DNA from: an uncultured Candidatus Saccharibacteria bacterium | GTDB lineage: Bacteria; Patescibacteriota; Saccharimonadia; CAILAD01; JADZBC01 | Length of the DNA: 64,000 nt | Reading direction: 5' to 3' | Assembly: GCA_964413715.1 (NCBI GenBank) | Contig: CAYPSN010000004.1 | Span: 7,501-71,500 of the forward strand | Shown: positions 54,036 through 64,000 of the stretch, one piece after another | Layout of the letters: each line of letters starts with the position of its first letter | How positions within the stretch are numbered: position 1 is the first letter of the stretch | Made by a program: the position numbers and the translations under genes | The notes under the pieces: generated by a model | Told to the model about the DNA's origin: nothing | Database searches by the model: none | What the model saw: only the letters and a program-made list of their open reading frames with translations

Positions 54036-56570
54036 ATGGAATCACAAAATCAACTCTTTATCCTTTTTACTAGTCTCCTCGCCGTAGGGTTTTTGGGGTT
54101 ACTTGGTTTTGTATGCTTTCTGGTGTATCGCAAAATGGTTCGTCGCACGAAAGACATTGAACGCAGTTTAAAGCTCGTTCCGTTACAAATTAAACTACCC
54201 CCAGCCGAGGCCAGTGAAGCTGGTGGGCGCGACGTCCGCGAGCTGTTTAAGGAGAACATCTCAAAGGCCGAAGGGATTTTTAACTTACTCTCGGGTATCA
54301 CCGCTAATAAATCGCTCGTTTACGGCAATCGCTATGTCAGTTTCGAAATCATTGCCGATGGAACGATGATATATTTTTACGTTGCAGTGCCGGTGACGCT
54401 TTTATCGACCGTACAGAAGGCTTTGGTGTCTGGTTATCCAACTGTCCAGATTGAACAGGTGGATGATCCGAATATTTTTTCGCAAAAGAGTAAGCTTGAA
54501 GGCATAGCTGGCGGAGAGTTGGCGCTTGCCAACGAATCATACTTCCCCATAGCGACGTATAAGAATCGTGACAGTGATCCGTTGGCGGGGGTGCTTAGCG
54601 CGCTTTCGGCGCTCAAAGAGGGTGAAGGCGCGGGCATTCAAATTATGGTGCGTCCAGCGGACAAAAAATGGGCCAAGAATGCTCAGAAAAAAGCCAAAGC
54701 CTTGCTCGACCCCGAGGAGATTGCCAAGCGCAAATATACAGGTAAAAAGTTGTTACGTGACATCGCCATGGCCCCAGTGAAGCAACCAGGTTACTCCAAG
54801 AAGCTACAAGATGGCACCGTCCGCGAAGATCAAAAATTCCAGCCCGATGCCATTGATCAAAAAATGAGCCAACTGGTTGAAGAAAAGTACAGTGTGCCGG
54901 CTTTTGAAACTATGGTTCGGATAATTGCAAGCTCCGATGACCCACATCGCTCGCGAGCTACCGTTCAGTCAGTGCTGACTGGCTTTGCTCAGTTAGCGCT
55001 GCCAAACTCAAACCAGTTCAAGTTCGAACAAGCGAAGAGCCCTCAGCAGCTAGCAACAGATTTTATCTTCCGGTTCTTTCCTGCTGGCAAGAACAAGACC
55101 GTGCTGAACTCAACTGAGCTGGCTGGCTTGTTTCATTTTCCCGGTGAAGACATGCAGGTTTCAACGCCGGTGGTGCGTAAAGGTGCCCGCGAGGTGGCAG
55201 CACCACCCGACCTACCAAACGAAGGGCTCATCTTGGGGAGCAACATGTATCGCGGTCAAGAAACAGTGGTGCGTCTAACCGACGATGACCGCCGCCGCCA
55301 CGTTTACATAATTGGTCAAACAGGTACAGGTAAATCCATTTTTTTAGAGAACTGTATTGTACAAGATTTACACATGGGCAAGGGCCTCTGCTGCATGGAT
55401 CCACACGGTGAACTGGCAGAAAAGATTATGGCAAAAATTCCACCCCATCGACTTAAGGACGTGGTTTACTTTAATCCTGCCGACACCGATTACCCCCTCG
55501 GCTTTAATCTGCTTGAGTTTGATCCAGCGCACCCTGAGCAAAAGGACTTTCTGGTTCTTGAAGCTATCAATATGTTCTACAAGCTTTATGACCCTAAGGG
55601 CCAAGGTTTTGTTGGGCCGATGTTTGTGGATTGGTTCCGCAACGCTGCCCTAACGGTTATGTCTGACCCAGAGGGTGGGACGCTTATTGAAGTACCAAAG
55701 CTATTCACTAATGACGATTACTTAAAGCAAAAGTTCCGTCATGTAAAAGACCCTATCGTGCAGGAATTCTGGACAGGGCAAATGGCGCAAACCAGCGAGC
55801 ATAGCAAGAGTGAAATGCTTGGCTACTTTACTTCAAAATTCGGGGACTTTGCGAATAACGAGATTATGCGCAATATCATTGGTCAAAAGCACTCTAGCTT
55901 TAACCTGAGAGAAATTATGGATAATCGAAAAATTCTCCTCGTTAATCTGTCGAAGGGTTTACTCGGAGATATGAACTCAAAGATTTTGGGTATTGTTTTT
56001 ATCATTAAGTTTCAAATGGCCGCCATGAGTAGGTCTGACATGGACGAGAAAGATCGACAAGATTTTAGTCTGTACATTGATGAATTCCAGAACTATGCTA
56101 CTGATTCGATCTCAACCATTCTGTCTGAAGCACGTAAGTATCGCTTGAGCATGATCATGGCCAACCAGTTTATCTCGCAGCTCGAGGAGCCAATTCGCGA
56201 TGCTGTATTCGGTAACGTCGGTAATATGGTCGGATTCCGTGTTGGTCCCGAGGATGCGGAGTTTATGGCCAAGCAGTTTGCGCCACAATTCGATAAAGAT
56301 GACATTATTAACACTCCAAACTTCAATGCAGTAGCTCGCATTATCAATCGCGGTGTAGTTACACCGTCATTTTCACTCAAAGAAATATTTCCTCCAATTG
56401 GGGTAAAGACACCAGGTATTTACGAGCAGATGGTTCAGATTTCTCGCCAAAACTATGCGCGCCCTAAAGCCGAAGTAGCTGCCGAAATTGCCAAGGCACT
56501 CGAGGTCGTGCCATCTACGCCTCAGCCGGAACCGGGCAAAATGCCTATTAGTACTGGCCGACAGGGCTAG
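54036..56570 (+). CDS. Type IV secretion-type AAA ATPase (VirB4-like, possibly with a fused VirB3-like N-terminal TM, or a VirD4/TraG-like coupling protein)
   Basis: N-terminal TM 'LFILFTSLLAVGFLGLLGFVCFLVY'. Central Walker A 'IIGQTGTGKSIF' followed by 'MDPHGEL'. Walker B 'LYIDEFQNY'. 844 aa with the P-loop at mid-protein, as in VirB4. Confidence 0.5.
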   Translation: MESQNQLFILFTSLLAVGFLGLLGFVCFLVYRKMVRRTKDIERSLKLVPLQIKLPPAEASEAGGRDVRELFKENISKAEGIFNLLSGITANKSLVYGNRYVSFEIIADGTMIYFYVAVPVTLLSTVQKALVSGYPTVQIEQVDDPNIFSQKSKLEGIAGGELALANESYFPIATYKNRDSDPLAGVLSALSALKEGEGAGIQIMVRPADKKWAKNAQKKAKALLDPEEIAKRKYTGKKLLRDIAMAPVKQPGYSKKLQDGTVREDQKFQPDAIDQKMSQLVEEKYSVPAFETMVRIIASSDDPHRSRATVQSVLTGFAQLALPNSNQFKFEQAKSPQQLATDFIFRFFPAGKNKTVLNSTELAGLFHFPGEDMQVSTPVVRKGAREVAAPPDLPNEGLILGSNMYRGQETVVRLTDDDRRRHVYIIGQTGTGKSIFLENCIVQDLHMGKGLCCMDPHGELAEKIMAKIPPHRLKDVVYFNPADTDYPLGFNLLEFDPAHPEQKDFLVLEAINMFYKLYDPKGQGFVGPMFVDWFRNAALTVMSDPEGGTLIEVPKLFTNDDYLKQKFRHVKDPIVQEFWTGQMAQTSEHSKSEMLGYFTSKFGDFANNEIMRNIIGQKHSSFNLREIMDNRKILLVNLSKGLLGDMNSKILGIVFIIKFQMAAMSRSDMDEKDRQDFSLYIDEFQNYATDSISTILSEARKYRLSMIMANQFISQLEEPIRDAVFGNVGNMVGFRVGPEDAEFMAKQFAPQFDKDDIINTPNFNAVARIINRGVVTPSFSLKEIFPPIGVKTPGIYEQMVQISRQNYARPKAEVAAEIAKALEVVPSTPQPEPGKMPISTGRQG

Positions 56571-56652
56571 TAATACTTGCCCGCCCATTATCAGGTAGGG
56601 TATACTATGTATTATCTGTTGTCGCCCTGGTGACAATCTAATGACTAAGTGA

Positions 56653-58746
<2,094 letters not shown>

Positions 58747-58754
58747 GAGTAGAT

Positions 58755-61334
58755 ATGGCAGACATTAAGGACAACAACATTCCAGAACCAGACAAATCAT
58801 CTGCTGCTGAGCAGGCCAATCAGGCTATGGTAGAAAGCGGTATTGGCCAGGTAGAGTTTCGTACTATCGAAACCGAAATGGAGAAGAGCTACCTTGACTA
58901 CTCCATGAGTGTTATTGTGTCACGTGCTTTGCCTGATGTTCGCGATGGGCTTAAGCCAGTTCATCGCCGTATTCTGTATGTCATGAACAATCTTGGGTTG
59001 CGTCATGGCTCGAAGTTCCGTAAGAGTGCTACCGTGGTTGGTGACGTAATGGGTAGCTACCACCCTCATGGTGACTCGGCAATTTACGATGCCATGGCTC
59101 GCATGGCACAGGATTTCTCGATGCGCTATATGTTGGTCGATGGCCAGGGTAACTTTGGTTCGATCGACGGCGATATGCCGGCTGCCATGCGTTACACCGA
59201 AGCGCGCATGCAAAAACTAACCGAAGAGCTGCTCGTTGATATCGACAAAGACACGGTAGACTTCCAGCCCAACTACGATGGAAACAAGCGAGAGCCAACC
59301 GTGCTGCCGGCCAAGCTTCCTAATTTACTCCTCAATGGCGTGCAGGGAATCGCGGTCGGTATGGCCACCAACATCCCCCCTCACAATCTAGGTGAGATTG
59401 TCGATGCGACGGTGCATCTAATTGATAACCCTGAAGCTACGGTTGCGGACCTGATTGGTATTGTGAAAGGTCCTGATTTTCCAGGTGGTGGAATTATTTT
59501 TGACGACGGCGGTATTGCGCAGGCATACGGCACAGGTAAAGGCAGCATCATTATGCGAGCTGATGCCGAAATTGTAGAAGACAAAAAGGGTAAACAGCGC
59601 ATCGTGGTTACTTCGATCCCCTTCCAGGTAAATAAATCGACGTTGGTGCAAAAAATCGCTGACTTGTATCACGAAAAGAAGCTCATTGGCATAGCTGACG
59701 TGCGCGACGAATCGTCGGACCGTGTTGGTGTGCGAATCATCATTGATCTCAAGAAAGACGCTTACGCACAGAAGCTATTAAACCAGCTCTTTAGGCTTAC
59801 GCCTTTACAGACAACCTTCCACGTAAACATGCTGGCCTTGGTCGATGGCATTCAGCCACGTGTTTTGAATTTAGAAATGGTACTCCGTCATTACCTCGAT
59901 CATCGCAAAGTTGTAGTACGTCGCCGTACGGAATTTGAACTTAAAAAGGCCCAGGCTCGAGCCCACATTCTAGAAGGACTGCGCATTGCACTTGATCAGA
60001 TCGATAAGGTGATCTCGACGATTCGTAATAGTGCCACGAAGGAAGAAGCTCTAACCAATTTAGTCAAAAACTTCAAACTAACTGAAATTCAAGCCAAAGC
60101 AATTCTAGACATGCAGCTGCGTACTCTGGCCGGACTTGAACGCAAGAAAATTGAAGATGAATATACGGCCTTGATGGCACTGATAAAAGAGCTGGAAACC
60201 ATCTTGTCTGACGAAGTCAACATTATGGCGGTAATTCGTGAAGAACTCATTGAGCTGAAAGAAAAGCATGGCGACGAGCGTCGCACTAAGGTAGTCAAGT
60301 CGGCGATTGGCAAATTCTCCGACGAAGATTTGATTCCAAACGAAGAAGTAATTATTACTCTGACCGCAGGTAATTACATTAAGCGTATGCCATCGAACAC
60401 CTACACGGCGCAAGCCAGGGGTGGTAAGGGAAAAATCGGTATGGCTACCAAAGAAGAAGACGTTGTGGAGCACATGGTACAGACCAATAACCACGATACG
60501 GTACTCTTTTTCACCTCATTGGGGCGTGCCTTTAAACTAAAAGCGCACGAAGTACCAGCAGCTTCGCGAACGGCCAAAGGTCAGGCAATTGTGAACTTGT
60601 TGAATCTTAGCCCCGAAGAGCGGGTCACTTCCCTGCTCACACTGGAAAAAGACAACTCAGCTAAATTCCTATTTATGACTACCAAATGTGGGGTAATTAA
60701 GAAAACCGCAATTGCTGAATACCAAAATGTTCGCTCAAGTGGGCTGATTGCCATCAAGCTCGATAAGGGTGACGAGCTAAAGTGGGTAAAGAAAACGCAT
60801 GGTAGTGACGACATCATCATCTCGACTGCTATGGCGCAGGCGATTCGGTTTAAAGAAGCTGATGCACGGCCAATGGGCCGAGCAACCCGCGGTGTACGTG
60901 GTATTCGGTTGCGCAGTGGCGACACGGTTGTTGGCATGGATGTATTGGGCGTGGGCGACGACGGCATGATGCTGGTCGTCATGGAGAACGGCTACGGCAA
61001 GATAACCAAAACTGCCCAATTTAGTCCTCATAATCGAGGTGGGGTTGGTATTAAGGCCGGTGTGGTAAGCACGAAGACCGGCAAGGTAGTTGACGTACGA
61101 GTGCTCGAAGACATTGGCCAAGATGTGCTTATTATCTCCAAACAAGGTCAGGTGATTCGTTTGCACGCCAATAAGATTCCAGTTATCAGTCGTGCTACTC
61201 AAGGCGTACGCATCATGCGCATGGCCGAGGCCGACAGCGTGGCGTCTGTTACCCTACTGCCAGGCGGAATAGTTGGAGACACTGCTGATAGCGCTGAAGC
61301 TACAGCTGAGCCGACTGAAGAGGTCAAAGACTAA
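58755..61334 (+). CDS. gyrA: DNA gyrase subunit A
   Basis: '[30 protein letters not shown]' (active-site Tyr region), 859 aa, immediately downstream of gyrB. Confidence 0.95.
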   Translation: MADIKDNNIPEPDKSSAAEQANQAMVESGIGQVEFRTIETEMEKSYLDYSMSVIVSRALPDVRDGLKPVHRRILYVMNNLGLRHGSKFRKSATVVGDVMGSYHPHGDSAIYDAMARMAQDFSMRYMLVDGQGNFGSIDGDMPAAMRYTEARMQKLTEELLVDIDKDTVDFQPNYDGNKREPTVLPAKLPNLLLNGVQGIAVGMATNIPPHNLGEIVDATVHLIDNPEATVADLIGIVKGPDFPGGGIIFDDGGIAQAYGTGKGSIIMRADAEIVEDKKGKQRIVVTSIPFQVNKSTLVQKIADLYHEKKLIGIADVRDESSDRVGVRIIIDLKKDAYAQKLLNQLFRLTPLQTTFHVNMLALVDGIQPRVLNLEMVLRHYLDHRKVVVRRRTEFELKKAQARAHILEGLRIALDQIDKVISTIRNSATKEEALTNLVKNFKLTEIQAKAILDMQLRTLAGLERKKIEDEYTALMALIKELETILSDEVNIMAVIREELIELKEKHGDERRTKVVKSAIGKFSDEDLIPNEEVIITLTAGNYIKRMPSNTYTAQARGGKGKIGMATKEEDVVEHMVQTNNHDTVLFFTSLGRAFKLKAHEVPAASRTAKGQAIVNLLNLSPEERVTSLLTLEKDNSAKFLFMTTKCGVIKKTAIAEYQNVRSSGLIAIKLDKGDELKWVKKTHGSDDIIISTAMAQAIRFKEADARPMGRATRGVRGIRLRSGDTVVGMDVLGVGDDGMMLVVMENGYGKITKTAQFSPHNRGGVGIKAGVVSTKTGKVVDVRVLEDIGQDVLIISKQGQVIRLHANKIPVISRATQGVRIMRMAEADSVASVTLLPGGIVGDTADSAEATAEPTEEVKD

Positions 61335-61388
61335 ACTAGCTATTGCACAAAAATTACGGCATAATAAAAGCATAAGCAGGGTGGGAAA

Positions 61389-61979
61389 ATGCTCAGTGCC
61401 TTACCGCGCAAGATACTTAGCCGGGTTAGCAATCGATTTATTAGTCCGCAAAGTTTGGTTCAAGAAGCCGGTTTGGCTTCTGGTCAAACTGTGCTCGAAT
61501 TAGGTTCCCCCGTCGGTTTTTTTGCAGGAGCTGCCCTGGCAAGCGTTGGCGAAAGCGGCACCGTTTATGTAGCTGGGCCAGACAATGAATCTCTAGAAAC
61601 GGTGAGTCATTTTGCCCATCATGAAAACCTCCTTCCTGTGCTCTTACGCGACGTGTTGCTTGGCAAAAATATTCCGCTGCACAAGGTTGATTTTGTTATT
61701 CTAACCAATCTCCTCTCAAGCTCTATGCACCCAGCTGAGTTTTGTGTTTCTATCAATCAATACCTCAGCTCGAGCAGTAAAGTTGTATTGATCGATTGGG
61801 ACAGTGAAGTCAAAGAAGTTGGGCCAGACCCTGCTAAGCGAGTTTCGCGTGAGCAAGCGGTAAAGCTCATGAGTCAGTGTGGTATGGAATTTGAGCGGGT
61901 ATTAAAAACTCCAGGTTACCATTATGGACTTATTTTTCGTCCTACTGGTCAGAATGATAATAAAAGTGATAATCTATAA
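61389..61979 (+). CDS. Class I SAM-dependent methyltransferase-like protein
   Basis: Motif I-like 'VLELGSPVGFFAGAAL', motif II-like 'VYVAGPDNE', motif IV-like 'VDFVILTNLL'. Low-confidence fold call. Confidence 0.35.
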   Translation: MLSALPRKILSRVSNRFISPQSLVQEAGLASGQTVLELGSPVGFFAGAALASVGESGTVYVAGPDNESLETVSHFAHHENLLPVLLRDVLLGKNIPLHKVDFVILTNLLSSSMHPAEFCVSINQYLSSSSKVVLIDWDSEVKEVGPDPAKRVSREQAVKLMSQCGMEFERVLKTPGYHYGLIFRPTGQNDNKSDNL

Positions 61980-61981
61980 CT

Positions 61982-62821
61982 ATGATTCAGATTACCCCAC
62001 TTCTCATTATTCCTTTCCTGGTCTGGGTGATTGCCCAGGGTATTAAATTCAGCTTAGCACTCGTTCGTGGTGAATTCGATTTGCGTTATCTGTTTGCCTC
62101 TGGCGGCATGCCAAGCGTTCATTCGGCGGTCGTGTGCTCCCTAGCGACAGCCGCATTCATAGAATATGGCCTGATGAGCCCAGTGTTTGGTATTGCTGCG
62201 GTGTATGCTGGTATCGTTATGTACGACTCATTTGGGGTGCGTAGAGCTACCGGCGAACAAGCTCATGCCCTGAATAAGCTCCTTGATGAGCTGACCGATA
62301 AAGGCACTATTGCCGATCGTGCGCGTTACGGCAAATTGCGCGAGGTTCTGGGTCACAAGCCAGCCGAAGTTATTGTGGGCGCCGTATTAGGTGTAGTCTC
62401 GGCAGCACTGATGGAATACAACAAAGTAAGCCCGTATCTCAGCTTCTTAGCCGATCGCCCTTATCGCTACGAATTAATTTTTTACGCCATCGTTAGCGCA
62501 GTCCTGGCTGTAAGTGGTGCAGCAGCATTGATTGGTCAGCGCAAAAAGCGCTCAGAGCGCGCCAAGGTGATTCGACGATTAGGCTCGCTTAATATTGTGG
62601 CGGGTATTACTCTGGGCTTTTTGGCAGTAAGTCAGTATGAAAAAATTAACATTCTAGGTGGTCGCGGACTTGCTTGGCTTGTGCTGCTAGCCTGGCTTGG
62701 TTGGAACGCAGTCTACATCTACAATAATGCCAAAGCGCTCAAGCGCACTACTGCCTCTGACGAAGACGAAGCGCGCAAAGCCAAGTGGCTCAAAAAAGCC
62801 AAGCGCACACATAAGAAATAA
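61982..62821 (+). CDS. Divergent PAP2 family protein (YuiD/DUF212-like) with an extra C-terminal membrane region
   Basis: 'GGMPSVHSAVVCSLATAAF...AVYAGIVMYDSFGVRRATGEQAHALNKLL...LREVLGHKPAEVIVGAVLG' matches the YuiD/DUF212 pattern. Confidence 0.6.
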   Translation: MIQITPLLIIPFLVWVIAQGIKFSLALVRGEFDLRYLFASGGMPSVHSAVVCSLATAAFIEYGLMSPVFGIAAVYAGIVMYDSFGVRRATGEQAHALNKLLDELTDKGTIADRARYGKLREVLGHKPAEVIVGAVLGVVSAALMEYNKVSPYLSFLADRPYRYELIFYAIVSAVLAVSGAAALIGQRKKRSERAKVIRRLGSLNIVAGITLGFLAVSQYEKINILGGRGLAWLVLLAWLGWNAVYIYNNAKALKRTTASDEDEARKAKWLKKAKRTHKK

Positions 62822-62824
62822 ACC

Positions 62825-63910
62825 ATGGGTGAACCGGATGAATCTAGCATAACGAGTGATTTTACCGGAGTTCAAAGAGTAAGACCGGAACTACGCCTCA
62901 GTTCTGAAGTTGAGACGAAGAAGGAATCAGCCTGTGATGCTTTTGCCGGCAAGCTCATTACGGACTTTGTTGCTGAAAAAATTGCCAGTCAGAGTACAGA
63001 GCCTCAAATTCCTCTAGAAGTAAGACTAGGTCTGTGCAAGATTAAAGACGGGCGAATCGAAGTATTCAAGCCAAGTTCATTTGATGAGTCGAGAAAAAGA
63101 GCTATTGCTTATGTAGCCAAAGGTGGTCCAGAGTGGCAGAAAAAGGACGGGAGCCCAGATAGGCCAAAAAAGGCAATGGAGATTTTGCAGAAGCATTGGC
63201 ATCGTCTCCAGGTGCTTTACAAGAATGGTGACGTGCCTACCGACGCCATTGAGGCGTACGCAGCATTCATGACTGGTGGTGTTGAGGTTGCGGCAGGCTG
63301 GTATGGCCGGTACTCCCAAGATCACACGCTCTCAGGCACTGTTGATCATGCGACCCATGTGCGCCATCGTGAGAAACTACGAGCGAAAACGAGCGAGATG
63401 ATAAGGAGCGGCGAATATAAGACGTTGACTGATGGGGACTGGAGGTATTTTAATCATTCCAGTGAGGCAGTAACAGGAACTCGAGATCGAATATACATCT
63501 CTGCTAAAGCATACGGTGATTCAAGCGCTGTAGTTGGCTATTGGGATGCAGCTTTGAAGCAAGTAGGAATAGGTCATGAACTGATGTATAAAGTCAGCAA
63601 CTATCCATCGCGCCTTGATACCATAGTTGTATATCCCTCTCCGGGTATTGATCCAGGGAAGTTGCGTCTGGCAATCGAACTGTTCCATAGTACTTGCCCA
63701 CCAGAATTATTGAACGAAACCGGGGTAAATACAGGGAACATGATCGCTGGCGGCATATCTTATGGCCCGGAATATTTTGAGCATGGGAGTATGAACCGCT
63801 TAATGTTTGGCGAAAAAATATCATTCGGTACTGAAGTGACAAGCTTGCTAGATCTTGCCCTGAAGCTTGCTTTTGCCAGGCTCTATACGTCTAAGGTTGA
63901 ATCAGGCTAG
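62825..63910 (+). CDS. Hypothetical protein (361 aa)
   Basis: Long ORF with codon usage like its neighbours. No motif recognised. Confidence 0.4.
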   Translation: MGEPDESSITSDFTGVQRVRPELRLSSEVETKKESACDAFAGKLITDFVAEKIASQSTEPQIPLEVRLGLCKIKDGRIEVFKPSSFDESRKRAIAYVAKGGPEWQKKDGSPDRPKKAMEILQKHWHRLQVLYKNGDVPTDAIEAYAAFMTGGVEVAAGWYGRYSQDHTLSGTVDHATHVRHREKLRAKTSEMIRSGEYKTLTDGDWRYFNHSSEAVTGTRDRIYISAKAYGDSSAVVGYWDAALKQVGIGHELMYKVSNYPSRLDTIVVYPSPGIDPGKLRLAIELFHSTCPPELLNETGVNTGNMIAGGISYGPEYFEHGSMNRLMFGEKISFGTEVTSLLDLALKLAFARLYTSKVESG

Positions 63911-64000
63911 ACTAGTAAAGAGGCTCGTATCTCGCAAGAAGAGTTAACGAGTGCTGCGAAACAGTCTTTTCGTGAGCTGTTAATTTGTGCTGATATTAAT

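Overview
This 64 kb window is gene-dense and mixed-strand, with roughly high-40s % GC. Its gene content (AI-2E transporter, DUF4012-like and DUF4446-like proteins, bactofilin, class I aldolase, a VirB4-like ATPase, giant surface proteins) suggests a reduced-genome CPR/Saccharibacteria-like bacterium; this is inference only.

Housekeeping content: thrS (3' end), miaA, rpmB, uppP, rnhA, a HIT protein, the infC-rpmI-rplT operon, comM/yifB, class I fructose-bisphosphate aldolase, smpB, argS, a UvrD-like helicase-nuclease, rmuC, trpS, pheS-pheT, an L,D-transpeptidase, gyrB-gyrA, and a cell-envelope glycosylation cluster (WbaP-like sugar transferase, three GT4 glycosyltransferases, a DUF4012-like protein, a GalT-like protein).

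The ORF track misses four stable-RNA features. Three can be identified: tRNA-Pro(GGG) at 6090-6165, RNase P RNA at about 13418-13850, and tmRNA at 26342-26729. The fourth is a promoter- and terminator-bounded ORF-free transcript of about 480 nt (47085-47562) of unknown class.

The main novelty is a pair of mosaic paralogous giant genes of 1728 aa and 2151 aa. Each encodes TM1, a large extracellular region (NHL beta-propeller repeats, Ig-like domains, a Cys/Pro stalk), TM2, and a cytoplasmic tail that closely matches the HisKA H-box helix. The second is immediately followed, in another frame, by a membrane protein carrying the HATPase_c N/G1/F/G2 boxes; the first has lost that partner. This looks like sensor histidine kinases with sensors of about 1.6-2 kb of protein, with the phosphoacceptor helix and the ATPase on separate polypeptides. 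Both genes sit directly downstream of stable-RNA genes (tRNA-Pro, tmRNA), share a conserved roughly 70 nt leader, and bracket the glycosyltransferase cluster.

Other notable items: PheT carries a complete NlpC/P60 papain-like peptidase domain inserted into its B5 domain; a compositionally foreign, GC-rich CxxC zinc-ribbon gene sits between a SprT-like gene and rmuC; and there is a bactofilin operon and a VirB3/VirB4-like ATPase next to gyrBA. No CRISPR array, transposase or integrase was seen.
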